Counted from the first letter of the stretch, positions 27,528 through 37,061 are shown. The stretch: DNA of 64,000 bases from an uncultured Clostridia bacterium (GCA_947625145.1 CANQNC010000001.1:6315-70314), one strand, 5' to 3'. The notes: generated from the sequence alone by a model not told the origin. Made by a program: numbers and translations.

Positions 27528-28622
27528 ATGAAGATCTTGTCCTTGCAGCTCAACAACTTCCGCAATTACGCAAACGCTTTCGTCGAGTTTGACGACGGGC
27601 TGAACGTGCTTTGCGGAAAAAACGCGAGCGGCAAGACCAACATGCTTGAAAGCGTATATCTTTGCTCCATCTTCTCAAGCCCGCGCACATCTAGGGACAG
27701 GGAACTTGTTCGGCTCGGGCAGGAGACCGCGCAGGTCAGGCTTGTCGTGCAAAAGCTGTATCGCAAGCACACGATATCCTTGCAAATAGATTCGCAGGGC
27801 AAAAAGAAGGTCGCGGTGGACGGAATCCCCGTCAACAGGGCGGGGGAGCTACTCGGCGTTTTGGGCGTGGTTTTCTTCTCTCCCGACGAACTTAAACTTG
27901 TCAAAGACGCTCCGCAGGAGAGGCGGCATTTTTTGGACGTCGGGCTAAGTCAACAGCAAAAAAGCTATTTTATCGCCCTACAACGCTACAATAAAACCCT
28001 GAAACAGAAAAATAACCTGCTCAGAGAATATCGCAGGAGCGCGCACATAGACGACATGTTGGACGTGTGGGACGACGGGCTTGCAAGAGAGGGCGCAATC
28101 CTCGTCAAAAAGCGCACGGAGTATATCGCCACTCTGAACAAGGCGGCGGGACGTTTCCATGGCATAATGAGCGCGGAGGCGGAAGAGCTCGCTTTGTCCT
28201 ATGAAACGAGCGTCCCTCTTGACGGGGACATAGAGAGCGCGCTCAGAGAGGCGCTCTGCGCCGCGCGGGAAAAGGACAAGGAGCTGGGATACAGCACGGT
28301 TGGCCCGCACAGGGACGACATAAAGATAGAGATCAACGGCAAGGATAGTCGCAAATTCGCCTCGCAGGGGCAACAGCGCACAGTCGCGCTTGCAATGAAG
28401 CTCGGGGAAGTGGTCATCTACAAAAACGAGCTTGGCGAGCCGCCCGTCCTCCTGTTGGACGACGTGCTCAGCGAGTTGGACCTCGAAAGGCAACGCCTGC
28501 TTTTGAAGTTGACGGACGGCTTTCAAACAGTGTTGACCTGCACGGAGTACGGCTTGGACGTCCCCGCAAAGGTGTTTGAGGTGCAAGACGGCAGCGTGGG
28601 CGAGGGGAAGCGGAAGAAGTAG
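27528..28622 (+). CDS. recF: DNA replication and repair protein RecF
   Basis: 364 aa with Walker A GKNASGKTNMLES, an SMC-like signature, and Walker B LLLDDVLSELD. Confidence 0.93.
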   Translation: MKILSLQLNNFRNYANAFVEFDDGLNVLCGKNASGKTNMLESVYLCSIFSSPRTSRDRELVRLGQETAQVRLVVQKLYRKHTISLQIDSQGKKKVAVDGIPVNRAGELLGVLGVVFFSPDELKLVKDAPQERRHFLDVGLSQQQKSYFIALQRYNKTLKQKNNLLREYRRSAHIDDMLDVWDDGLAREGAILVKKRTEYIATLNKAAGRFHGIMSAEAEELALSYETSVPLDGDIESALREALCAAREKDKELGYSTVGPHRDDIKIEINGKDSRKFASQGQQRTVALAMKLGEVVIYKNELGEPPVLLLDDVLSELDLERQRLLLKLTDGFQTVLTCTEYGLDVPAKVFEVQDGSVGEGKRKK

Positions 28623-28760
28623 GCTTTGAGGAAAGGTCGAAAAAAAGAGAACACGGGCGAAACATATCGCAAAAAAACAAGATAAACAAACAAAAGATAA
28701 GCTCGGCGCAAAGGATATTCGCGGCTGTGAAACAATGCGGAATTTTGTTGTGAAACATTG

Positions 28761-28789
28761 TTGTGTTTTTCAAGGGATTGTGTTAATAT
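28761..28789 (+). promoter_or_regulatory. Candidate extended -10 promoter of parA, 7 nt upstream of the ATG
   Basis: TTGTGT (28761..28766), 17-nt spacer ending in TGt, TAATAT (28784..28789), then 7 nt to the ATG at 28797. TGTGAAACA half-parS motifs lie at 28726 and 28749. Confidence 0.4.
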
Positions 28790-28796
28790 TTTCTAT

Positions 28797-29564
28797 ATGG
28801 GAAAGATAGTGGCTTTTTCAAATCAGAAGGGCGGCGTGGGCAAAACGACGTCCTGCGTCAATCTTGCGGCGTCTATCGCGGCGGTGGGGCGCAAGGTGCT
28901 TGTTGTGGATTTCGACCCGCAAAGCAACGCGTCAAGCGCGCTCGGAGTGTTTGACAAGCGGGCAAAGGGCAGCATATACGACGTCCTTTGCGACGGGCTT
29001 GAAGCAAGCGCGGCGGTCATAGACGTCGAGCCGAAGGGGCTCAGCCTCATACCCTCGTCAAGCGATCTTGCGGGCGCGGAGCTTGAACTCAGCCAAATCG
29101 TGATAGGCAGAGAGCGCGTGCTCGAGGAAAAACTTGCCGACGTCAAGGATATGTACGACTTTGTGTTTATAGACTGTCCGCCCTCGCTCGGGCTGTTGAC
29201 GGTCAACGCGTTGACCGCGGCAAACGGCGTGATCGTGCCCATTCAGTGTGAATATTTTGCGCTGGAGGGGCTAAGCCAGATGATGAACACCATCAAACTT
29301 GTCAAAAAACATCTCAATCACGACCTCGAGTTTTACGGCGTGATACTCACCATGTACGACAGCCGCGCAAAGCTCACAAAAGGCGTTGTGGAGGAGATAG
29401 GCAAGCTGTTTGCGGACAAGATCTTCGATGTCAAGATCCCGCGCAACATTCGGTTGGCGGAGGCTCCGAGCTACGGCAAGCCCGCGTTGCTTTACGACAG
29501 CCGCTGTTCGGGTGCTATAGCGTACGACAATTTGGCAAAGGAAATCATACAAAAAATCAAATAA
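28797..29564 (+). CDS. parA: Chromosome partitioning ATPase ParA/Soj
   Basis: Track ORF 28758..29564. I prefer the ATG at 28797 (MGKIVAFSNQKGGVGKTT, deviant Walker A at the N-terminus as in Soj). Confidence 0.93.
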   Translation: MGKIVAFSNQKGGVGKTTSCVNLAASIAAVGRKVLVVDFDPQSNASSALGVFDKRAKGSIYDVLCDGLEASAAVIDVEPKGLSLIPSSSDLAGAELELSQIVIGRERVLEEKLADVKDMYDFVFIDCPPSLGLLTVNALTAANGVIVPIQCEYFALEGLSQMMNTIKLVKKHLNHDLEFYGVILTMYDSRAKLTKGVVEEIGKLFADKIFDVKIPRNIRLAEAPSYGKPALLYDSRCSGAIAYDNLAKEIIQKIK

Positions 29565-29574
29565 GGAGTGTATT

Positions 29575-30468
29575 ATGGCAAATGCAAGAGGCGGTCTCGG
29601 CGCCCGCGGACTGAACGCGCTGTTCACAGACAATCAGGAAAACGTGCACGTTGATATCAACGAGGACTTCCCCACGCAGGATATCGACATCATGCTTATC
29701 GATCGCAATCCCGCGCAACCCCGCAAGACCTTCAACGAGGACAGCCTGAAAGAGATGGCAAACTCCATTGCCGCCTACGGCGTGTTGCAACCCCTGCTGT
29801 TGGTCAAGACGGAGGGCGGAAGATACCTCATCATTGCGGGCGAGCGGCGCTATCGCGCAAGCCTTATGGCAGGGCTGAAAAAAGTCCCCGCGATCGTGCG
29901 CGAGTTTACGCCTCAGCAGATACAAGAGATATCCTTGATCGAAAACCTGCACCGCGAGGACCTCAACGCGATAGAGGCGGCGGAAGGTATGCGCGAGTTG
30001 ATGGAAAATCACGGGCTGACCCAAGAGGAAGTCGCTCAGCGCATAGGCAAATCCCGCCCCTACGTCACAAACACGTTGAGGCTCCTTCAACTTCCCGTCG
30101 AGGTCACCGAGCTTGTCCGCAACGGCGAGCTGTCTCCGGGGCATGCGCGCGCTCTCATCTCCATAGACGATAAGGACCAGCTTATCGCCCTCGCCAAAAA
30201 GTGCGTGGAAAAGAAGCTGTCCGTCAGAGAGCTCGAGCAGGAAGTGCGCCTCTACTTCTCCCGCAAGGCAATTCCGCACGGCCCGAGAGAAAGGTCCGTG
30301 TCTCTCGAGATGAGAGAGCTTGTCAACGACATGAAGCGCGTGTTCTCCACCAAAGTCGTGCTGAAAGGCACGGAAAACAAGGGCAGGATCACAATAGACT
30401 ACTTCACGCCCGACGACCTCAACCACATCCACAGCCTCATCCAGATGCTCAAAAAATACAGCGACTGA
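29575..30468 (+). CDS. parB: Chromosome partitioning protein ParB/Spo0J
   Basis: 297 aa with the ParB boxes IAGERRYRA and LIENLHREDLN plus an HTH (QEEVAQRIGKSRPYVTN). RBS AAGGAG upstream. Confidence 0.95.
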   Translation: MANARGGLGARGLNALFTDNQENVHVDINEDFPTQDIDIMLIDRNPAQPRKTFNEDSLKEMANSIAAYGVLQPLLLVKTEGGRYLIIAGERRYRASLMAGLKKVPAIVREFTPQQIQEISLIENLHREDLNAIEAAEGMRELMENHGLTQEEVAQRIGKSRPYVTNTLRLLQLPVEVTELVRNGELSPGHARALISIDDKDQLIALAKKCVEKKLSVRELEQEVRLYFSRKAIPHGPRERSVSLEMRELVNDMKRVFSTKVVLKGTENKGRITIDYFTPDDLNHIHSLIQMLKKYSD

Positions 30469-30743
30469 CAAACAATTGCAAACGTATCGAAAAAGGCGGC
30501 AAAAACATAGGCAATCAAGAAAAAACATAATTTTATACCGAATACGCCGTTGGGCGAGTTGGGAAAGCAGCGAGCGATCATAGCGCCGCTGTTTTCTGTA
30601 TGAGGATTTACCTAAACTTAATTGCATACAACATCCGGCCGTCCGTCAGCAAATCGTGCGGCCGTTTTCATGCAATGATCAAGAGAAAAATGTATTATAT
30701 TCAAAGCGCTCCGGCGCAAAAATCGCATCAAAAGGAGAGAGAA

Positions 30744-31655
30744 ATGGTTTACAAAGAGTGGTTGAACGAATGGTTGGAGTTTTATGTCAAGCCTTCGACT
30801 AAAGAAAGGACATATCGGAAATATCGGCAACAAGCGGAGAAATACATTCTCCCTGTGCTCGGCGAACGCGAAACGGACGAGTTGTCAGCGGTCGAATTGC
30901 AAAAATTTTCCGTTTCGCTCACCGAACGGGATTTGGCGACAAGCACCATGAACGGCGTTTTGTTTGTGTTGAAATCGTCATTAAAGAGAGCGGTCGCGCT
31001 TGGGATCGCGCGTCGGCAATATGCGGACGCGATCGTCCGTCCGAAGGCGCGAGAGAAGAAGGTCGACTGTTTCAACAAGGAAGAGCAGAAGAAAATCGAG
31101 CGGTACGTTTCGGAACATAAAAGGTCGTATCTGTTCGGAATTGCGCTGTCTCTTTACACGGGACTTCGGATCGGAGAACTCCTAGCTCTCACATGGGAAG
31201 ACATCGATTTTCAAAAAGGCACTGTGACGATCACAAAATCCTGCTTTGACAGTTGGGAAAACGGACGCTACAAAAAAATATTCGACACAACAAAAACACA
31301 GAGTTCGGAAAGAGAGATCCCTTTGCCCAAACAGATCGTCGAAGTGCTTAAGTCGTTGCGGAGACAAACGGGGGCTCGTTTTGTTGTGGCGGCAAAAAGC
31401 GAATACGGGGCGCAAATCCGCGCATATCAACGTTCTTTTGAGCTTGTGCTTCGCAAATTGAATATAAAAAGAAAAGGCTTTCATGCTCTGCGGCACACGT
31501 TTGCGACAAGGGCACTTGAGGTCGGCATGGACGTAAAGACGCTTTCGGAGATATTGGGACATAAAAATCCGACAATAACATTGAACCGTTATGCCCATTC
31601 TCTATTTGAACATAAAACGGAAATGATGAATAGGGTCGGACGTCTTTACGGCTGA
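30744..31655 (+). mobile_element. Tyrosine recombinase / phage-type integrase
   Basis: Track ORF 30600..31655. I prefer the ATG at 30744 after AAAGGAGAG. It has a SAM-like N-domain and a catalytic C-domain: ...TGLRIGELLAL..., HALRHTFATRALEVGMDVKTLSEILGHKNPTITLNRYAH (R..HxxR..Y). Confidence 0.9.
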
Positions 31656-31764
31656 CGATCGTGGCTTATAAAAAAAGATATTCTTTGTCGCGTAAAGTAC
31701 ATAGAATAAGAGTTTTACGGCAAGATACATACAATCGAGCGACGAAGTAAAGATTTGGTACACA

Positions 31765-32430
31765 ATGCTGAAAAACGAGCTTCTTTCCTACAAAAAAGTC
31801 AAGAGCCGCATGAGTTGGAAGCGTGAGACGTTCCGCATGGGCAAAGAAGTAGTCGCTCGCCTCGGTTATCGCGGGAATACGCTGTGCATTTATCTTCCTC
31901 TCAACCCTGCGGATTACGCAGAGAGCAAATACAAGGTCGAGGACGTTTCCGACCTCGCCATGTACGCGGACACACCGTGCATGTATCGTTTGAAGAACGA
32001 AAGGAGGATCCGCTATGCGATCAAACTGTTTGCAGACGTAATGGAGAAAACGGGAGGGGTCCGTATCGAACGCGTTGCGGAAGATTATTATCTCCCCTAC
32101 GAGGGTATTGTCGAACTGATCGGGGAAGGACTGGCAAAGCGTGTCATCAAAAAGAAATCGGACGAGCCGATATTCTTGCAGGGCACTGCCTCCGAAGCCG
32201 CCGCAACGATTATAATTCCCGGCGGCGAATCCGCGGAAGGACAAGAGCCGATCGATGAAGCACAACCCGCTGTCGCGGATGAAGCGACGGACGAAGTTGC
32301 CGTTGCAGAAGAACAGCCCGACGACATGGCGCCTGTCGAAGAACGGGCAGACGATATTGCTCCGGTCAAAGATTCAGGCTTGACAATAGCGGACGAGGGC
32401 AACGCCGTGGAAGAACAGGCGGAAGTTTGA
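31765..32430 (+). CDS. Hypothetical protein with an acidic C-terminal tail, possibly a 5'-truncated gene remnant
   Basis: 221 aa. The frame stays open upstream to a TAG at 31702 with no better start. I recall the ...NELLSYKKVKSR... segment as an internal region of longer Firmicute hypothetical proteins (memory only). The tail is D/E/A-rich. Confidence 0.4.
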   Translation: MLKNELLSYKKVKSRMSWKRETFRMGKEVVARLGYRGNTLCIYLPLNPADYAESKYKVEDVSDLAMYADTPCMYRLKNERRIRYAIKLFADVMEKTGGVRIERVAEDYYLPYEGIVELIGEGLAKRVIKKKSDEPIFLQGTASEAAATIIIPGGESAEGQEPIDEAQPAVADEATDEVAVAEEQPDDMAPVEERADDIAPVKDSGLTIADEGNAVEEQAEV

Positions 32431-32531
32431 TCACGGCAATAGTGTGCAAAAAACCGAAATCATCAACAACTGCGCTGGGATCGACTCGGCGTTGCGGAAT
32501 ATGAAACCGTGGCAAAACAACAACAAATCAA

Positions 32532-32562
32532 GCGGTTTGACAGACGGTCAAACCGCCTTTTC
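32532..32562 (+). terminator. Rho-independent terminator
   Basis: Hairpin GCGGTTTGAC-agacg-GTCAAACCGC followed by CTTTTCC. Confidence 0.6.
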
Positions 32563-32626
32563 CTTGTTCGGACGCTTCGGCTTTAGGGAATAAAACGCAA
32601 ACGCGTAAAAAAACACGGCAAAACAA

Positions 32627-32657
32627 ACGGCTTGTCAAACAAGGCAAGCCGTTTTTA
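32627..32657 (+). terminator. Rho-independent terminator
   Basis: Hairpin ACGGCTTG-tcaaacaagg-CAAGCCGT followed by TTTTTAT. Confidence 0.6.
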
Positions 32658-32883
32658 TATCCTGTGATAGGTTGGGTTTTGTTTTGTGCGGAGTTGTTGA
32701 GGTTTGCGTGTTTTTGTCGTCGGATTTTAGCGATCGGGTTGGAGTGCGTGATTTGCCTCAGCTATGGTTCGGCGTTTGGGTTGGGATTTACGTTGTTTCA
32801 ACAACAAGCGCTCTTTGTTTGGTGCGTGTGATTTGCCTCTGTCGGGCGGAAGCGAGCAGGTTTGGCTTTGCGCGGGTCTGCGC

Positions 32884-34563
32884 CTAGGCTTCGGCGTCGA
32901 GGTTGGAGTAGACTTTTTTCAGTCCCACAAAGAAGTAGGTCGCCGCAATGCCGAGCAACAAGAGGGGGATGACCAACGCGTACACGAAGCTGAGCGCTCT
33001 GTCCGTGGTCTGCACCGTGCCGCTTATGAGGCTCCGCACTGTGTTGAACAGCAGAAGCGCGCCTATGGCAAGCACCGCGACAAGCCCTATGACGATGATC
33101 GCCGACACGGTGGAATTTGCCTCTTTGATCTCGCCGTCGTCCGTTTTGGAGAAGTGCGGATGGTTCAGATCCATCCTTGTTGCAAGCGCGATCTGCGCGA
33201 GCGCGAGCATGGTTGCGGAAAGGAATGTGACCGCGCCGTCTCCCGCCTGTTCGAAGCCCGTCGCGACAAGCGTCACACACGCCGCTATTATGCTTAGCTC
33301 CGCGACAATGCCGCTGAACAGCATCTTCACGGACAATATCTGCGCGGGGGAGTAGGGCAAAGTCTTTTGCATCATGCTCATATATCCGTCCCTGCTTATG
33401 TTTGTGGAGCAGAACGTGTTTGTCAACGTGCCGTACAACAGCACAAGGAAGGTGCAAACCTCAAAGTCCGCGTTGAGGCCGCCCAGCAGGTTGCCAAGCA
33501 ACGAGGACGCAAGGCTTGCCGAATAGTACACCATGACGGGCATTATGATCGCCGTCGTGAAGTACATAAAGGCGTAACCGGGGGTGCGCAGAACGATCAA
33601 AAACTCCTTGCCGAGCAAGCTGAGCGCGCGGCTCTTCTTTGCAAAGCGGAAGGTTTTGTGCGCGACGTGGGGCACGTGCAGGGCAAATCCCGATTGCGTC
33701 AACCGAATGAAGATCGCGTGTATGACAAGCGTCCCTATCCCCGCCGCGGCGACCGCGATACCGAGCAAAATGCCCACGCTCTCCCCTATCTTCCTCTTCA
33801 ACATTATGTTGGCAAAGAGGTTGGCGGGGTAGTTGTAGGCGGTGAAGTTGACGATCTTCCCCATGACCCGCTCGTTGAAAAGAGAGGCGAGTTTGCCCGC
33901 GTTGAGCAGGTTTTCCGCAAAGCGGAACACGTAGGAATACAGCACGCAAAACGCGACCATCGCGAGGGTGAGCGCGGCGAAAGATATCAGATAGTGCGAG
34001 CCTATCAACTTTTTCAGATAATAGTAGGGCAGCGCGAGCACGGAGGCTATGCCCAGCGGAATGATGGGCAAAACCACCGCCACCGCAAAGGACATAAGCA
34101 CGTTGTAGGCGTCCACCGTGTGCGTCGTGATGAAAAACGTCAGGTTGACGGGCAACACAAACACAAGGGACAGCGCAAGTTGTCTGATGTACACGCCCGT
34201 CAGTTTTGAAAGGAAGATCTCCATTGCCGAAAACGGCATGGAAATCAGCACGTACAGGTCGGTGTTTTCGAAGATTGCGTACACAAGGCGGTTTACGCCG
34301 CTCAGCACGCAGATGACAAACAGCACAAAATACGCAATGGACATAAGCTCGTATTGCCGAGCCGCCATGTCGGGCACGCGGTTGATCTTGATCGCCGTGT
34401 AAGTGGACGTAAATTTTGAAAAGATAAGTGCGAACGCCGCAATGATGCCCGCGATCAAAACGAGCATCAGCGCCGTGCTCATCAGCCCGCCTATCTTCCC
34501 GCGCTTGACGGACGGCAAGGAGTCCTGCAATTGCTTTTTCAACAAAAGTGTGTAGTGCGTCAT
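32884..34563 (-). CDS. ABC exporter permease (multi-pass, ABC-2-like), substrate unknown
   Basis: Track ORF 32884..34746. I prefer the ATG at 34563 (MTHYTLLLKK), which overlaps the upstream ATPase stop as ATGA. There are at least 12 hydrophobic segments. Confidence 0.7.
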   Translation of the reverse strand: MTHYTLLLKKQLQDSLPSVKRGKIGGLMSTALMLVLIAGIIAAFALIFSKFTSTYTAIKINRVPDMAARQYELMSIAYFVLFVICVLSGVNRLVYAIFENTDLYVLISMPFSAMEIFLSKLTGVYIRQLALSLVFVLPVNLTFFITTHTVDAYNVLMSFAVAVVLPIIPLGIASVLALPYYYLKKLIGSHYLISFAALTLAMVAFCVLYSYVFRFAENLLNAGKLASLFNERVMGKIVNFTAYNYPANLFANIMLKRKIGESVGILLGIAVAAAGIGTLVIHAIFIRLTQSGFALHVPHVAHKTFRFAKKSRALSLLGKEFLIVLRTPGYAFMYFTTAIIMPVMVYYSASLASSLLGNLLGGLNADFEVCTFLVLLYGTLTNTFCSTNISRDGYMSMMQKTLPYSPAQILSVKMLFSGIVAELSIIAACVTLVATGFEQAGDGAVTFLSATMLALAQIALATRMDLNHPHFSKTDDGEIKEANSTVSAIIVIGLVAVLAIGALLLFNTVRSLISGTVQTTDRALSFVYALVIPLLLLGIAATYFFVGLKKVYSNLDAEA

Positions 34564-35405
34564 TGGTCCTGATATGGATTGGAATCCGTATGGGAGAGGA
34601 AGTATGCCTCGAGGTCTGTCTCGGGATGCTCCTTGATGAAGTCGGCAAACACAAAATCGTCCGTCTTTGTGCCGTGGTTGATGATGATCGCGCGCTTGCA
34701 TATCTTTTGCACGGAGGCTATGTTGTGCGAGGAGAACAGCACGCAATTGCCCCTCGCGGCGTATTCCTGCATGAAGTCGCTGACCCTCGCGCTTGTCAGC
34801 GGGTCAAGCCCTATCATGGGCTCGTCGAGGATCCAAAGTTTCGGATAGTGGATCAAACTGCCCATCATGCACACTTTCTGCCGCATGCCGTGCGAGTAGT
34901 TGCTGATGGGGTCGTGCAATCTGTCCCCAAGGCAAAACACCGCGTCAAGCTCGGCAAGCCTGTCCTTGCGATCTTTTGGGTCCACGCCGTACGCGTCCGC
35001 CATGAAGTTGACAAACTGTATGCCCGTCATCTTCACAAACACGTCGTGCTTGTCGGACACAAAGCCGAAAGTGTATTTCGCTTTTACGGGGCTTGTTTTG
35101 ATGTCAAAGCCGTTGATCTCTATCTTCCCTTCCGAAAAAGGAAGCATGCCCGTGATGCACTTCAGCGTCGTGGATTTGCCCGCGCCGTTGTGTCCGAGCA
35201 GACCCACGATCTCCCCGGGATAGCACACAAGGGAAAGGTCTTTGACCGCAGGCTCTGTCGCTTGCGGATAAAGTTTTGTCAAATTTTCGATCTTCAGCGC
35301 CGCCTCGACCACGCCGACCTCTTCGGGTTCGGCTGTCGGATTTACGGCTCGATCTTCCGTTGTCTCTTGGATCTCGGCTGTGGTTTGAGCGGTTTCGTTT
35401 TCCAA
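34560..35405 (-). CDS. ABC transporter ATP-binding protein
   Basis: 281 aa with Walker A GHNGAGKST, signature-like YSHGMRQKV, and Walker B LWILDEP. TTG start preceded by AGGAGA. Confidence 0.9.
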   Translation of the reverse strand: MENETAQTTAEIQETTEDRAVNPTAEPEEVGVVEAALKIENLTKLYPQATEPAVKDLSLVCYPGEIVGLLGHNGAGKSTTLKCITGMLPFSEGKIEINGFDIKTSPVKAKYTFGFVSDKHDVFVKMTGIQFVNFMADAYGVDPKDRKDRLAELDAVFCLGDRLHDPISNYSHGMRQKVCMMGSLIHYPKLWILDEPMIGLDPLTSARVSDFMQEYAARGNCVLFSSHNIASVQKICKRAIIINHGTKTDDFVFADFIKEHPETDLEAYFLSHTDSNPYQDQ

Positions 35406-35621
35406 TTGAAATCTCCTCTCGCGCAGGCGCGCAGTCTATTAAGCAAAGCTCATACTGCTATATTATAACAGATTATTCCGCATTTCAACCTATTTTCAAC
35501 CTTAATATTTCCTTAGAATCCGCATTTTTTGACAAAAATATCAAAAATACGCCGCGAATTTTTTGCCAAACCATACAGATATCTTTATTTGTTTAGAATT
35601 TTTGTTCGTCGCGAGTTTTGA

Positions 35622-35650
35622 TTGCAAAATCTTTCCGCTTGATTTATTAT
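35622..35650 (+). promoter_or_regulatory. Candidate promoter of pdxK placed for a leaderless transcript
   Basis: TTGCAA (35622..35627), 17-nt spacer, TATTAT (35645..35650), then 6 nt to the ATG at 35657. Confidence 0.45.
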
Positions 35651-35656
35651 AGACTC

Positions 35657-36478
35657 ATGAGCTATTTGAAAATTTTGACGGCGCAGGATCTCTCCTGCCT
35701 CGGGCAATGCTCGCTGACCGCGGCGCTCCCCATCCTTTCGGCGTGCGGACACGAGGTCTGCGTGTTGCCCTCCGAGTTGTTGTCCACGCACACCGTGGGC
35801 TTCGGAGCCCCATATTGCCGCGATTTTGCGGAGTGTATGCGGGGCGTGCTTGAGCATTGGCTGTCCCTAGGCGTCAAGTTCGACGGCGTTTTGATCGGAT
35901 ATCTTGGCAAAAAGGAGCACGCGGACATACTCTGCGAAGCGTTGCCCAAGCTGTTGCGCGAGGGCGCGCCCATCATCCTAGACCCCTGTTTGGCGGATGA
36001 GGGAACGCTCTATCCCGAAGCGGACGAGGGGACGATAGAGGGCGTGGAAGAACTTGCGGATATGGCGCAATACATTCTCCCCAACCTCTTCGAGGCGCGT
36101 ATCCTTATCGGCGACGCTCCGTCCGCAAAAACGTCGGGCTTGCCCGCAAAACTCGCTCGCCGTTTCCCGAACGCCTCAATTGTGCTTAAAGGCGTAAGAG
36201 AGGGGGACCAAATCGGCGAACTCGCGTTTTCGGCAGGGGAGAGCATGGGTTTTTTCTCGGAATATCGTCCTCGCGTTTGCCACGGCGCGGGAGACGTGTT
36301 TGCGGCGGCGTTTGCGGGCAAATTGCTCAAAGGTAAGGACTTTTTGCGTTCGGCGGCGGAAGCGCACGCGTTTGTCAACGCGTGCATAGACCGCACGATA
36401 CGGCTTGAAAAGGACGTCCCGCACGGCTACGGGCTTGCGTTCGAGCCTATGCTGGGAATGTTGTGCGAAAAGAAGTGA
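35657..36478 (+). CDS. pdxK: Pyridoxal/pyridoxamine kinase (ribokinase-like PdxK/PdxY family)
   Basis: Track ORF 35618..36478. I prefer the ATG at 35657. The N-terminus KILTAQDLSCLGQCSLTAALPILSACG... and the C-terminal GAGDVFAAAF anion hole are typical of Firmicute pyridoxamine kinases. Confidence 0.7.
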   Translation: MSYLKILTAQDLSCLGQCSLTAALPILSACGHEVCVLPSELLSTHTVGFGAPYCRDFAECMRGVLEHWLSLGVKFDGVLIGYLGKKEHADILCEALPKLLREGAPIILDPCLADEGTLYPEADEGTIEGVEELADMAQYILPNLFEARILIGDAPSAKTSGLPAKLARRFPNASIVLKGVREGDQIGELAFSAGESMGFFSEYRPRVCHGAGDVFAAAFAGKLLKGKDFLRSAAEAHAFVNACIDRTIRLEKDVPHGYGLAFEPMLGMLCEKK

Positions 36479-36491
36479 AGGAGACGATTTT

Positions 36492-36938
36492 ATGGAAAGG
36501 ATAAATGTGAGGATAAAGAAGCTCAGAGAGGGCGCGATTCTGCCCGAATACGGGACGGAGTTTGCCGCCGGCGCGGATCTGTACGCCTGCCTGCCCGAGG
36601 ACGGCGTGACCATTGACGCGGGGGAGACTGCGTTTATCCCCACGGGGCTTGCCATGGAGATCCCCGTCGGGCTTGTGGGGCTTGTGTATGCAAGAAGCGG
36701 TCTCGCCTCAAAGCAGGGGCTTGCGCCCGCAAACAAGGTGGGAGTCGTGGACAGCGACTATCGCGGGGAGATCACTGTGTCCTTGCACAACCACTCAAAC
36801 AGCCCTAAAAAGGTGGAAAACGGACAGCGCGTCGCGCAAATGGTGTTCACGCCCTATTTTGCCGCGGACTTCGAGGTCGTCGAAGAGCTCAGCGGCACAG
36901 AGCGCGGCGTGGGCGGCTTCGGCTCCACGGGGAAATAA
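36492..36938 (+). CDS. dut: dUTP diphosphatase
   Basis: Track ORF 36405..36938. I prefer the ATG at 36492 after GAAGGAGA. Motifs are AAGADL, GVVDSDYRGEI and RGVGGFGSTG. Confidence 0.93.
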   Translation: MERINVRIKKLREGAILPEYGTEFAAGADLYACLPEDGVTIDAGETAFIPTGLAMEIPVGLVGLVYARSGLASKQGLAPANKVGVVDSDYRGEITVSLHNHSNSPKKVENGQRVAQMVFTPYFAADFEVVEELSGTERGVGGFGSTGK

Positions 36939-36956
36939 CAAAACCTTTGTTACGGC

Positions 36957-36993
36957 AAAAAAAAAGACGGCTTGGCGGACCAAGTCGTTTTTT
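36957..36993. terminator. Bidirectional Rho-independent terminator (dut / chrA)
   Basis: AAAAAAAAA-GACGGCTTGG-cgga-CCAAGTCGT-TTTTTG. Confidence 0.8.
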
Positions 36994-37061
36994 GTTTAGC
37001 ATAATAGGGCTGTTTCCGCGCTTCTAAACGAACATAATTCAAACGCCGTATGTTTCAGCCG

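Noticed and set aside
30469-30743. Search for a partner att site of the tRNA-Asn repeat next to the integrase, which would define a 15-kb island (30.5-45.3 kb)
   Set aside because: No match to TGGCGCCTGTTGAGGGACTCG or to the rest of the 81-bp repeat was seen by eye in the parB-integrase spacer. The intervening genes (dut, pdxK, chrA, nrdG) have host-like GC.
31666-32265. 199-aa minus-strand ORF overlapping the 31765..32430 gene
   Set aside because: It has no RBS and odd composition, and it overlaps almost entirely a + strand ORF with more protein-like sequence. Neither is strongly supported.
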